Source: Macrostomum lignano
Lineage: Eukaryota
DNA length: 64,000 bases
Reading direction: 5' to 3'
NCBI GenBank assembly: GCA_002269645.1
Contig: NIVC01000684.1
Location: 124,001 to 188,000 of the forward strand
Shown here: positions 24,301 through 39,300 of the stretch, one piece after another
How positions within the stretch are numbered: the first letter of the stretch is position 1
Layout: the number at the start of each line of letters is the position of its first letter
Program-made: the position numbers and the translations under genes
Notes under the pieces: generated by a model
Seen by the model: the letters and a program-made list of their open reading frames with translations, nothing else
Database searches by the model: none
What the model was told of the DNA's origin: nothing

Positions 24301-27300
24301 AGAATTTATGTCCAGCAAGCTGATGCTCCGCTATTCTGTGGGCAGGTGTTCAATCATCACGAGGCCGCCATTCTGCAGGAGGCCCTCATGGGTGCCATCA
24401 ATGGCTGCTGTGGGCAATCCGTGGCTGACGAAGAATCATCAACGGATTTCGAAACGGCAACGGCCGCGGCTGCGGCTGCAACGGCGGAGGCGGCGGAGGC
24501 GGAGGCGGAGGCGGCTGCTGCAGCAACGACTCCTGCTGATCGGTCGGACGCCGCTTCTACCGCGGCCGAAATGAATTTTCGTTCGCCGAAGCGCGGCTGG
24601 CAGCCGAAGCAGCCGCAGCAGCAGGCAAAGCCGCAGACGCAGCCGGTGCGCTACAGGAAGCATTCGTATCAGAATGAGCCGCAGGGACAGCTGAGGCAGC
24701 AGAGGCTGCAACAGAACCAGCAAGGCTTGCAATCGCGTCAGCGGAAAATTTCAGCCGGAAATTATGGACTTGGACGGACTGACAGTCAGGAGTTCTCTGT
24801 GCAGTCAGATGGTGAGCTGCTACACAGAAGCTACCTGAGATTTACCTGTTGGACAGTGCAGAAGCTACCTGAGATTTACCTGTTGGACAGTGCAGAAGCT
24901 ACCTGAGATTTACTTGTTACACAGTGCAGAAGCTACCTGAGATTTACCTGTTGGACAGTGCAGAAGCTACCTGAGATTTCCCTGTTACACAGTGCAGAAG
25001 CTACCTGAGATTTACCTGTTACACAGTGCAGAAGCTACCTGAGATTTCCCTGTTACACAGTGCAGAAGCTACCTGAGATTTACCTGTTACACAGTGCAGA
25101 AGCTACCTGAGATTTACCTGTTACACAGTGCAGAAGCTACCTGAGATTTCCCTGTTACACAGTGCAGAAGCTACCTGAGATTTACCTGTTACACAGTGCA
25201 GAAGCTACCTGAGATTTCCCTGTTACACAGTGCAGAAGCTACCTGAGATTTACCTGTTACACAGTGCAGAAGCTACCTGAGATTTACCTGTTGGACAGTG
25301 CAGAAGCTACCTGAGATTTACTTGTTACACAGTGCAGAAGCTACCTGAGATTTACTTGTTACACAGTGCAGAAGCTACCTGAGATTTACTTGTTACACAG
25401 TGCAGAAGCTACCTGAGATTTACTTGTTACACAGTGCAGAAGCTACCTGAGATTTACCTGTTGGACAGTGCAGAAGCTATCTGAGATTTCCCTGTTACAC
25501 AGTGCAGAAGCTACCTGAGATTTCCCTGTTACACAGTGCAGAAGCTACCTGAGATTTACCTGTTACACAGTGCAGAAGCTACCTGAGATTTACCTGTTAC
25601 ACAGTGCAGAAGCTACCTGAGATTTACCTGTTGGACAGTGCAGAAGCTACCTGAGATTTACCTGTTACACAGTGCAGAAGCTACCTGAGATTTACCTGTT
25701 ACACAGTGTAGAAGCTACCTGAGATTTACCTGTTACACAGTGCAGAAGCTACCTGAGATTTACCTGTTACACAGTGCAGAAGCTACCTGAGATTTACCTG
25801 TTACACAGTGCAGAAGCTACCTGAGATTTCCCTGTTACACAGTGCAGAAGCTACCTGAGATTTACCTGTTACACAGTGCAGAAGCTACCTGAGATTTCCC
25901 TGTTACACAGTGCAGAAGCTACCTGAGATTTCCCTGTTACACAGTGCAGAAGCTACCTGAGATTTACCTGTTACACAGTGCAGAAGCTACCTGAGATTTA
26001 CCTGTTACACAGTGCAGAAGCTACCTGAGATTTACTTGTTACACAGTGCAGAAGCTACCTGAGATTTACTTGTTACACAGTGCAGAAGCTACCTGAGATT
26101 TACTGTTACACAGTGCAGAAGCTACCTGAGATTTACCTGTTACACAGTGCAGAAGCTACCTGAGATTTACCTGTTACACAGTGCAGAAGCTACCTGAGAT
26201 TTACCTGTTGGACAGTGCAGAAGCTACCTGAGATTTCCCTGTTACACAGTGCAGAAGCTACCTGAGATTTACCTGTTACACAGTGCAGAAGCTACCTGAG
26301 ATTTCCCTGTTACACAGTGCAGAAGCTACCTGAGATTTACCTGTTACACAGTGCAGAAGCTACCTGAGATTTACCTGTTACACAGTGCAGAAGCTACCTG
26401 AGATTTACCTGTTACAGTGCAGAAGCTACCTGAGATTTACTTGTTACACAGTGCAGAAGCTACCTGAGATTTACTTGTTACACAGTGCAGAAGCTACCTG
26501 AGATTTACTTGTTACACAGTGCAGAAGCTACCTGAGATTTACTGTTACACAGTGCAGAAGCTACCTGAGATTTACCTGTTACACAGTGCAGAAGCTACCT
26601 GAGATTTCCCTGTTACACAGTGCAGAAGCTACCTGAGATTTCCCTGTTACACAGTGCAGAAGCTACCTGAGATTTACCTGTTACACAGTGCAGAAGCTAC
26701 CTGAGATTTACCTGTTACACAGTGCAGAAGCTACCTGAGATTTACCTGTTACACAGTGCAGAAGCTACCTGAGATTTACTGTTACACAGTGCAGAAGCTA
26801 CCTGAGATTTACTGTTACACAGTGCAGAAGCTACCTGAGATTTCCCTGTTACACAGTGCAGAAGCTACCTGAGATTTACTGTTACACAGTGCAGAAGCTA
26901 CCTGAGATTTACCTGTTACACAGTGCAGAAGCTACCTGAGATTTCCCTGTTACACAGTGCAGAAGCTACCTGAGATTTACCTGTTACACAGTGCAGAAGC
27001 TACCTGAGATTTCCCTGTTACACAGTGCAGAAGCTACCTGAGATTTCCCTGTTACACAGTGCAGAAGCTACCTGAGATTTACCTGTTACACAGTGCAGAA
27101 GCTACCTGAGATTTCCCTGTTACACAGTGCAGAAGCTACCTGAGATTTCCCTGTTACACAGTGCAGAAGCTACCTGAGATTTACCTGTTACACAGTGCAG
27201 AAGCTACCTGAGATTTCCCTGTTACACAGTGCAGAAGCTACCTGAGATTTCCCTGTTACACAGTGCAGAAGCTACCTGAGATTTACCTGTTACACAGTGC

Positions 27301-30300
27301 AGAAGCTACCTGAGATTTCCCTGTTACACAGTGCAGAAGCTACCTGAGATTTACCTGTTACACAGTGCAGAAGCTACCTGAGATTTACCTGTTACACAGT
27401 GCAGAAGCTACCTGAGATTTCCCTGTTACACAGTGCAGAAGCTACCTGAGATTTACCTGTTACACAGTGCAGAAGCTACCTGAGATTTCCCTGTTACACA
27501 GTGCAGAAGCTACCTGAGATTTACCTGTTACACAGTGCAGAAGCTACCTGAGATTTACCTGTTACACAGTGCAGAAGCTACCTGAGATTTACCTGTTACA
27601 CAGTGCAGAAGCTACCTGAGATTTACCTGTTACACAGTGCAGAAGCTACCTGAGATTTACCTGTTACACAGTGCAGAAGCTACCTGAGATTTACCTGTTA
27701 CACAGTGCAGAAGCTACCTGAGATTTACCTGTTACACAGTGCAGAAGCTACCTGAGATTTACCTGTTACACAGTGCAGAAGCTACCTGAGATTTACCTGT
27801 TACACAGTGCAGAAGCTACCTGAGATTTACCTGTTACACAGTGCAGAAGCTACCTGAGATTTACCTGTTACACAGTGCAGAAGCTACCTGAGATTTACCT
27901 GTTACACAGTGCAGAAGCTACCTGAGATTTACCTGTTACACAGTGCAGAAGCTACCTGAGATTTACCTGTTACACAGTGCAGAAGCTACCTGAGATTTCC
28001 TGTTACACAGTGCAGAAGCTACCTGAGATTTACCTGTTACACAGTGCAGAAGCTACCTGAGATTTACCTGTTACACAGTGCAGAAGCTACCTGAGATTTA
28101 CCTGTTACACAGTGCAGAAGCTACCTGAGATTTACCTGTTACACAGTGCAGAAGCTACCTGAGATTTCCTGTTACACAGTGCAGAAGCTACCTGAGATTT
28201 ACCTGTTACACAGTGCAGAAGCTACCTGAGATTTACCTGTTACACAGTGCAGAAGCTACCTGAGATTTACCTGTTACACAGTGCAGAAGCTACCTGAGAT
28301 TTACCTGTTACACAGTGCAGAAGCTACCTGAGATTTACCTGTTACACAGTGCAGAAGCTACCTGAGATTTCCTGTTACACAGTGCAGAAGCTACCTGAGA
28401 TTTACCTGTTACACAGTGCAGAAGCTACCTGAGATTTCCTGTTACACAGTGCAGAAGCTACCTGAGATTTACCTGTTACACAGTGCAGAAGCTACCTGAG
28501 ATTTACCTGTTACACAGTGCAGAAGCTACCTGAGATTTACCTGTTACACAGTGCAGAAGCTACCTGAGATTTACCTGTTACACAGTGCAGAAGCTACCTG
28601 AGATTTACCTGTTACACAGTGCAGAAGCTACCTGAGATTTACCTGTTACACAGTGCAGAAGCTACCTGAGATTTACCTGTTACACAGTGCAGAAGCTACC
28701 TGAGATTTACCTGTTACACAGTGCAGAAGCTACCTGAGATTTACCTGTTACACAGTGCAGAAGCTACCTGAGATTTACCTGTTACACAGTGCAGAAGCTA
28801 CCTGAGATTTACCTGTTACACAGTGCAGAAGCTACCTGAGATTTACCTGTTACACAGTGCAGAAGCTACCTGAGATTTACCTGTTACACAGTGCAGAAGC
28901 TACCTGAGATTTACCTGTTACACAGTGCAGAAGCTACCTGAGATTTACCTGTTACACAGTGCAGAAGCTACCTGAGATTTACCTGTTACACAGTGCAGAA
29001 GCTACCTGAGATTTACCTGTTACACAGTGCAGAAGCTACCTGAGATTTACCTGTTACACAGTGCAGAAGCTACCTGAGATTTACCTGTTACACAGTGCAG
29101 AAGCTACCTGAGATTTACCTGTTACACAGTGCAGAAGCTACCTGAGATTTACCTGTTACACAGTGCAGAAGCTACCTGAGATTTACCTGTTACACAGTGC
29201 AGAAGCTACCTGAGATTTACCTGTTACACAGTGCAGAAGCTACCTGAGATTTACCTGTTACACAGTGCAGAAGCTACCTGAGATTTACCTGTTACACAGT
29301 GCAGAAGCTACCTGAGATTTACCTGTTACACAGTGCAGAAGCTACCTGAGATTTACCTGTTACACAGTGCAGAAGCTACCTGAGATTTACCTGTTACACA
29401 GTGCAGAAGCTACCTGAGATTTACCTGTTACACAGTGCAGAAGCTACCTGAGATTTACCTGTTACACAGTGCAGAAGCTACCTGAGATTTACCTGTTACA
29501 CAGTGCAGAAGCTACCTGAGATTTACCTGTTACACAGTGCAGAAGCTACCTGAGATTTACCTGTTACACAGTGCAGAAGCTACCTGAGATTTACCTGTTA
29601 CACAGTGCAGAAGCTACCTGAGATTTACCTGTTACACAGTGCAGAAGCTACCTGAGATTTACCTGTTACACAGTGCAGAAGCTACCTGAGATTTACCTGT
29701 TACACAGTGCAGAAGCTACCTGAGATTTACCTGTTACACAGTGCAGAAGCTACCTGAGATTTACCTGTTACACAGTGCAGAAGCTACCTGAGATTTACCT
29801 GTTACACAGTGCAGAAGCTACCTGAGATTTACCTGTTACACAGTGCAGAAGCTACCTGAGATTTACCTGTTACACAGTGCAGAAGCTACCTGAGATTTAC
29901 CTGTTACACAGTGCAGAAGCTACCTGAGATTTACCTGTTACACAGTGCAGAAGCTACCTGAGATTTACCTGTTACACAGTGCAGAAGCTACCTGAGATTT
30001 ACCTGTTACACAGTGCAGAAGCTACCTGAGATTTACCTGTTACACAGTGCAGAAGCTACCTGAGATTTACCTGTTACACAGTGCAGAAGCTACCTGAGAT
30101 TTACCTGTTACACAGTGCAGAAGCTACCTGAGATTTACCTGTTACACAGTGCAGAAGCTACCTGAGATTTACCTGTTACACAGTGCAGAAGCTACCTGAG
30201 ATTTACCTGTTACACAGTGCAGAAGCTACCTGAGATTTACCTGTTACACAGTGCAGAAGCTACCTGAGATTTACCTGTTACACAGTGCAGAAGCTACCTG

Positions 30301-33300
30301 AGATTTACCTGTTACACAGTGCAGAAGCTACCTGAGATTTACCTGTTACACAGTGCAGAAGCTACCTGAGATTTACCTGTTACACAGTGCAGAAGCTACC
30401 TGAGATTTACCTGTTACACAGTGCAGAAGCTACCTGAGATTTACCTGTTACACAGTGCAGAAGCTACCTGAGATTTACCTGTTACACAGTGCAGAAGCTA
30501 CCTGAGATTTACCTGTTACACAGTGCAGAAGCTACCTGAGATTTACCTGTTACACAGTGCAGAAGCTACCTGAGATTTACCTGTTACACAGTGCAGAAGC
30601 TACCTGAGATTTACCTGTTACACAGTGCAGAAGCTACCTGAGATTTACCTGTTACACAGTGCAGAAGCTACCTGAGATTTACCTGTTACACAGTGCAGAA
30701 GCTACCTGAGATTTACCTGTTACACAGTGCAGAAGCTACCTGAGATTTACCTGTTACACAGTGCAGAAGCTACCTGAGATTTACCTGTTACACAGTGCAG
30801 AAGCTACCTGAGATTTACCTGTTACACAGTGCAGAAGCTACCTGAGATTTACCTGTTACACAGTGCAGAAGCTACCTGAGATTTACCTGTTACACAGTGC
30901 AGAAGCTACCTGAGATTTACCTGTTACACAGTGCAGAAGCTACCTGAGATTTACCTGTTACACAGTGCAGAAGCTACCTGAGATTTACCTGTTACACAGT
31001 GCAGAAGCTACCTGAGATTTACCTGTTACACAGTGCAGAAGCTACCTGAGATTTACCTGTTACACAGTGCAGAAGCTACCTGAGATTTACCTGTTACACA
31101 GTGCAGAAGCTACCTGAGATTTACCTGTTACACAGTGCAGAAGCTACCTGAGATTTACCTGTTACACAGTGCAGAAGCTACCTGAGATTTACCTGTTACA
31201 CAGTGCAGAAGCTACCTGAGATTTACCTGTTACACAGTGCAGAAGCTACCTGAGATTTACCTGTTACACAGTGCAGAAGCTACCTGAGATTTACCTGTTA
31301 CACAGTGCAGAAGCTACCTGAGATTTACCTGTTACACAGTGCAGAAGCTACCTGAGATTTACCTGTTACACAGTGCAGAAGCTACCTGAGATTTACCTGT
31401 TACACAGTGCAGAAGCTACCTGAGATTTACCTGTTACACAGTGCAGAAGCTACCTGAGATTTACCTGTTACACAGTGCAGAAGCTACCTGAGATTTACCT
31501 GTTACACAGTGCAGAAGCTACCTGAGATTTACCTGTTACACAGTGCAGAAGCTACCTGAGATTTACCTGTTACACAGTGCAGAAGCTACCTGAGATTTAC
31601 CTGTTACACAGTGCAGAAGCTACCTGAGATTTACCTGTTACACAGTGCAGAAGCTACCTGAGATTTACCTGTTACACAGTGCAGAAGCTACCTGAGATTT
31701 ACCTGTTACACAGTGCAGAAGCTACCTGAGATTTACCTGTTACACAGTGCAGAAGCTACCTGAGATTTACCTGTTACACAGTGCAGAAGCTACCTGAGAT
31801 TTACCTGTTACACAGTGCAGAAGCTACCTGAGATTTACCTGTTACACAGTGCAGAAGCTACCTGAGATTTACCTGTTACACAGTGCAGAAGCTACCTGAG
31901 ATTTACCTGTTACACAGTGCAGAAGCTACCTGAGATTTACCTGTTACACAGTGCAGAAGCTACCTGAGATTTACCTGTTACACAGTGCAGAAGCTACCTG
32001 AGATTTACCTGTTACACAGTGCAGAAGCTACCTGAGATTTACCTGTTACACAGTGCAGAAGCTACCTGAGATTTACCTGTTACACAGTGCAGAAGCTACC
32101 TGAGATTTACCTGTTACACAGTGCAGAAGCTACCTGAGATTTACCTGTTACACAGTGCAGAAGCTACCTGAGATTTACCTGTTACACAGTGCAGAAGCTA
32201 CCTGAGATTTACCTGTTACACAGTGCAGAAGCTACCTGAGATTTACCTGTTACACAGTGCAGAAGCTACCTGAGATTTACCTGTTACACAGTGCAGAAGC
32301 TACCTGAGATTTACCTGTTACACAGTGCAGAAGCTACCTGAGATTTACCTGTTACACAGTGCAGAAGCTACCTGAGATTTACCTGTTACACAGTGCAGAA
32401 GCTACCTGAGATTTACCTGTTACACAGTGCAGAAGCTACCTGAGATTTACCTGTTACACAGTGCAGAAGCTACCTGAGATTTACCTGTTACACAGTGCAG
32501 AAGCTACCTGAGATTTACCTGTTACACAGTGCAGAAGCTACCTGAGATTTACCTGTTACACAGTGCAGAAGCTACCTGAGATTTACCTGTTACACAGTGC
32601 AGAAGCTACCTGAGATTTACCTGTTACACAGTGCAGAAGCTACCTGAGATTTACCTGTTACACAGTGCAGAAGCTACCTGAGATTTACCTGTTACACAGT
32701 GCAGAAGCTACCTGAGATTTACCTGTTACACAGTGCAGAAGCTACCTGAGATTTACCTGTTACACAGTGCAGAAGCTACCTGAGATTTACCTGTTACACA
32801 GTGCAGAAGCTACCTGAGATTTACCTGTTACACAGTGCAGAAGCTACCTGAGATTTACCTGTTACACAGTGCAGAAGCTACCTGAGATTTACCTGTTACA
32901 CAGTGCAGAAGCTACCTGAGATTTACCTGTTACACAGTGCAGAAGCTACCTGAGATTTACCTGTTACACAGTGCAGAAGCTACCTGAGATTTACCTGTTA
33001 CACAGTGCAGAAGCTACCTGAGATTTACCTGTTACACAGTGCAGAAGCTACCTGAGATTTACCTGTTACACAGTGCAGAAGCTACCTGAGATTTACCTGT
33101 TACACAGTGCAGAAGCTACCTGAGATTTACCTGTTACACAGTGCAGAAGCTACCTGAGATTTACCTGTTACACAGTGCAGAAGCTACCTGAGATTTACCT
33201 GTTACACAGTGCAGAAGCTACCTGAGATTTACCTGTTACACAGTGCAGAAGCTACCTGAGATTTACCTGTTACACAGTGCAGAAGCTACCTGAGATTTAC

Positions 33301-36300
33301 CTGTTACACAGTGCAGAAGCTACCTGAGATTTACCTGTTACACAGTGCAGAAGCTACCTGAGATTTACCTGTTACACAGTGCAGAAGCTACCTGAGATTT
33401 ACCTGTTACACAGTGCAGAAGCTACCTGAGATTTACCTGTTACACAGTGCAGAAGCTACCTGAGATTTACCTGTTACACAGTGCAGAAGCTACCTGAGAT
33501 TTACCTGTTACACAGTGCAGAAGCTACCTGAGATTTACCTGTTACACAGTGCAGAAGCTACCTGAGATTTACCTGTTACACAGTGCAGAAGCTACCTGAG
33601 ATTTACCTGTTACACAGTGCAGAAGCTACCTGAGATTTACCTGTTACACAGTGCAGAAGCTACCTGAGATTTACCTGTTACACAGTGCAGAAGCTACCTG
33701 AGATTTACCTGTTACACAGTGCAGAAGCTACCTGAGATTTACCTGTTACACAGTGCAGAAGCTACCTGAGATTTACCTGTTACACAGTGCAGAAGCTACC
33801 TGAGATTTACCTGTTACACAGTGCAGAAGCTACCTGAGATTTACCTGTTACACAGTGCAGAAGCTACCTGAGATTTACCTGTTACACAGTGCAGAAGCTA
33901 CCTGAGATTTACCTGTTACACAGTGCAGAAGCTACCTGAGATTTACCTGTTACACAGTGCAGAAGCTACCTGAGATTTACCTGTTACACAGTGCAGAAGC
34001 TACCTGAGATTTACCTGTTACACAGTGCAGAAGCTACCTGAGATTTACCTGTTACACAGTGCAGAAGCTACCTGAGATTTACCTGTTACACAGTGCAGAA
34101 GCTACCTGAGATTTACCTGTTACACAGTGCAGAAGCTACCTGAGATTTACCTGTTACACAGTGCAGAAGCTACCTGAGATTTACCTGTTACACAGTGCAG
34201 AAGCTACCTGAGATTTACCTGTTACACAGTGCAGAAGCTACCTGAGATTTACCTGTTACACAGTGCAGAAGCTACCTGAGATTTACCTGTTACACAGTGC
34301 AGAAGCTACCTGAGATTTACCTGTTACACAGTGCAGAAGCTACCTGAGATTTACCTGTTACACAGTGCAGAAGCTACCTGAGATTTACCTGTTACACAGT
34401 GCAGAAGCTACCTGAGATTTACCTGTTACACAGTGCAGAAGCTACCTGAGATTTACCTGTTACACAGTGCAGAAGCTACCTGAGATTTACCTGTTACACA
34501 GTGCAGAAGCTACCTGAGATTTACCTGTTACACAGTGCAGAAGCTACCTGAGATTTACCTGTTACACAGTGCAGAAGCTACCTGAGATTTACCTGTTACA
34601 CAGTGCAGAAGCTACCTGAGATTTACCTGTTACACAGTGCAGAAGCTACCTGAGATTTACCTGTTACACAGTGCAGAAGCTACCTGAGATTTACCTGTTA
34701 CACAGTGCAGAAGCTACCTGAGATTTACCTGTTACACAGTGCAGAAGCTACCTGAGATTTACCTGTTACACAGTGCAGAAGCTACCTGAGATTTACCTGT
34801 TACACAGTGCAGAAGCTACCTGAGATTTACCTGTTACACAGTGCAGAAGCTACCTGAGATTTACCTGTTACACAGTGCAGAAGCTACCTGAGATTTACCT
34901 GTTACACAGTGCAGAAGCTACCTGAGATTTACCTGTTACACAGTGCAGAAGCTACCTGAGATTTACCTGTTACACAGTGCAGAAGCTACCTGAGATTTAC
35001 CTGTTACACAGTGCAGAAGCTACCTGAGATTTACCTGTTACACAGTGCAGAAGCTACCTGAGATTTACCTGTTACACAGTGCAGAAGCTACCTGAGATTT
35101 ACCTGTTACACAGTGCAGAAGCTACCTGAGATTTACCTGTTACACAGTGCAGAAGCTACCTGAGATTTACCTGTTACACAGTGCAGAAGCTACCTGAGAT
35201 TTACCTGTTACACAGTGCAGAAGCTACCTGAGATTTACCTGTTACACAGTGCAGAAGCTACCTGAGATTTACCTGTTACACAGTGCAGAAGCTACCTGAG
35301 ATTTACCTGTTACACAGTGCAGAAGCTACCTGAGATTTACCTGTTACACAGTGCAGAAGCTACCTGAGATTTACCTGTTACACAGTGCAGAAGCTACCTG
35401 AGATTTACCTGTTACACAGTGCAGAAGCTACCTGAGATTTACCTGTTACACAGTGCAGAAGCTACCTGAGATTTACCTGTTACACAGTGCAGAAGCTACC
35501 TGAGATTTACCTGTTACACAGTGCAGAAGCTACCTGAGATTTACCTGTTACACAGTGCAGAAGCTACCTGAGATTTACCTGTTACACAGTGCAGAAGCTA
35601 CCTGAGATTTACCTGTTACACAGTGCAGAAGCTACCTGAGATTTACCTGTTACACAGTGCAGAAGCTACCTGAGATTTACCTGTTACACAGTGCAGAAGC
35701 TACCTGAGATTTACCTGTTACACAGTGCAGAAGCTACCTGAGATTTACCTGTTACACAGTGCAGAAGCTACCTGAGATTTACCTGTTACACAGTGCAGAA
35801 GCTACCTGAGATTTACCTGTTACACAGTGCAGAAGCTACCTGAGATTTACCTGTTACACAGTGCAGAAGCTACCTGAGATTTACCTGTTACACAGTGCAG
35901 AAGCTACCTGAGATTTACCTGTTACACAGTGCAGAAGCTACCTGAGATTTACCTGTTACACAGTGCAGAAGCTACCTGAGATTTACCTGTTACACAGTGC
36001 AGAAGCTACCTGAGATTTACCTGTTACACAGTGCAGAAGCTACCTGAGATTTACCTGTTACACAGTGCAGAAGCTACCTGAGATTTACCTGTTACACAGT
36101 GCAGAAGCTACCTGAGATTTACCTGTTACACAGTGCAGAAGCTACCTGAGATTTACCTGTTACACAGTGCAGAAGCTACCTGAGATTTACCTGTTACACA
36201 GTGCAGAAGCTACCTGAGATTTACCTGTTACACAGTGCAGAAGCTACCTGAGATTTACCTGTTACACAGTGCAGAAGCTACCTGAGATTTACCTGTTACA

Positions 36301-39300
36301 CAGTGCAGAAGCTACCTGAGATTTACCTGTTACACAGTGCAGAAGCTACCTGAGATTTACCTGTTACACAGTGCAGAAGCTACCTGAGATTTACCTGTTA
36401 CACAGTGCAGAAGCTACCTGAGATTTACCTGTTACACAGTGCAGAAGCTACCTGAGATTTACCTGTTACACAGTGCAGAAGCTACCTGAGATTTACCTGT
36501 TACACAGTGCAGAAGCTACCTGAGATTTACCTGTTACACAGTGCAGAAGCTACCTGAGATTTACCTGTTACACAGTGCAGAAGCTACCTGAGATTTACCT
36601 GTTACACAGTGCAGAAGCTACCTGAGATTTACCTGTTACACAGTGCAGAAGCTACCTGAGATTTACCTGTTACACAGTGCAGAAGCTACCTGAGATTTAC
36701 CTGTTACACAGTGCAGAAGCTACCTGAGATTTACCTGTTACACAGTGCAGAAGCTACCTGAGATTTACCTGTTACACAGTGCAGAAGCTACCTGAGATTT
36801 ACCTGTTACACAGTGCAGAAGCTACCTGAGATTTACCTGTTACACAGTGCAGAAGCTACCTGAGATTTACCTGTTACACAGTGCAGAAGCTACCTGAGAT
36901 TTACCTGTTACACAGTGCAGAAGCTACCTGAGATTTACCTGTTACACAGTGCAGAAGCTACCTGAGATTTACCTGTTACACAGTGCAGAAGCTACCTGAG
37001 ATTTACCTGTTACACAGTGCAGAAGCTACCTGAGATTTACCTGTTACACAGTGCAGAAGCTACCTGAGATTTACCTGTTACACAGTGCAGAAGCTACCTG
37101 AGATTTACCTGTTACACAGTGCAGAAGCTACCTGAGATTTACCTGTTACACAGTGCAGAAGCTACCTGAGATTTACCTGTTACACAGTGCAGAAGCTACC
37201 TGAGATTTACCTGTTACACAGTGCAGAAGCTACCTGAGATTTACCTGTTACACAGTGCAGAAGCTACCTGAGATTTACCTGTTACACAGTGCAGAAGCTA
37301 CCTGAGATTTACCTGTTACACAGTGCAGAAGCTACCTGAGATTTACCTGTTACACAGTGCAGAAGCTACCTGAGATTTACCTGTTACACAGTGCAGAAGC
37401 TACCTGAGATTTACCTGTTACACAGTGCAGAAGCTACCTGAGATTTACCTGTTACACAGTGCAGAAGCTACCTGAGATTTACCTGTTACACAGTGCAGAA
37501 GCTACCTGAGATTTACCTGTTACACAGTGCAGAAGCTACCTGAGATTTACCTGTTACACAGTGCAGAAGCTACCTGAGATTTACCTGTTACACAGTGCAG
37601 AAGCTACCTGAGATTTACCTGTTACACAGTGCAGAAGCTACCTGAGATTTACCTGTTACACAGTGCAGAAGCTACCTGAGATTTACCTGTTACACAGTGC
37701 AGAAGCTACCTGAGATTTACCTGTTACACAGTGCAGAAGCTACCTGAGATTTACCTGTTACACAGTGCAGAAGCTACCTGAGATTTACCTGTTACACAGT
37801 GCAGAAGCTACCTGAGATTTACCTGTTACACAGTGCAGAAGCTACCTGAGATTTACCTGTTACACAGTGCAGAAGCTACCTGAGATTTACCTGTTACACA
37901 GTGCAGAAGCTACCTGAGATTTACCTGTTACACAGTGCAGAAGCTACCTGAGATTTACCTGTTACACAGTGCAGAAGCTACCTGAGATTTACCTGTTACA
38001 CAGTGCAGAAGCTACCTGAGATTTACCTGTTACACAGTGCAGAAGCTACCTGAGATTTACCTGTTACACAGTGCAGAAGCTACCTGAGATTTACCTGTTA
38101 CACAGTGCAGAAGCTACCTGAGATTTACCTGTTACACAGTGCAGAAGCTACCTGAGATTTACCTGTTACACAGTGCAGAAGCTACCTGAGATTTACCTGT
38201 TACACAGTGCAGAAGCTACCTGAGATTTACCTGTTACACAGTGCAGAAGCTACCTGAGATTTACCTGTTACACAGTGCAGAAGCTACCTGAGATTTACCT
38301 GTTACACAGTGCAGAAGCTACCTGAGATTTACCTGTTACACAGTGCAGAAGCTACCTGAGATTTACCTGTTACACAGTGCAGAAGCTACCTGAGATTTAC
38401 CTGTTACACAGTGCAGAAGCTACCTGAGATTTACCTGTTACACAGTGCAGAAGCTACCTGAGATTTACCTGTTACACAGTGCAGAAGCTACCTGAGATTT
38501 ACCTGTTACACAGTGCAGAAGCTACCTGAGATTTACCTGTTACACAGTGCAGAAGCTACCTGAGATTTACCTGTTACACAGTGCAGAAGCTACCTGAGAT
38601 TTACCTGTTACACAGTGCAGAAGCTACCTGAGATTTACCTGTTACACAGTGCAGAAGCTACCTGAGATTTACCTGTTACACAGTGCAGAAGCTACCTGAG
38701 ATTTACCTGTTACACAGTGCAGAAGCTACCTGAGATTTACCTGTTACACAGTGCAGAAGCTACCTGAGATTTACCTGTTACACAGTGCAGAAGCTACCTG
38801 AGATTTACCTGTTACACAGTGCAGAAGCTACCTGAGATTTACCTGTTACACAGTGCAGAAGCTACCTGAGATTTACCTGTTACACAGTGCAGAAGCTACC
38901 TGAGATTTACCTGTTACACAGTGCAGAAGCTACCTGAGATTTACCTGTTACACAGTGCAGAAGCTACCTGAGATTTACCTGTTACACAGTGCAGAAGCTA
39001 CCTGAGATTTACCTGTTACACAGTGCAGAAGCTACCTGAGATTTACCTGTTACACAGTGCAGAAGCTACCTGAGATTTACCTGTTACACAGTGCAGAAGC
39101 TACCTGAGATTTACCTGTTACACAGTGCAGAAGCTACCTGAGATTTACCTGTTACACAGTGCAGAAGCTACCTGAGATTTACCTGTTACACAGTGCAGAA
39201 GCTACCTGAGATTTACCTGTTACACAGTGCAGAAGCTACCTGAGATTTACCTGTTACACAGTGCAGAAGCTACCTGAGATTTACCTGTTACACAGTGCAG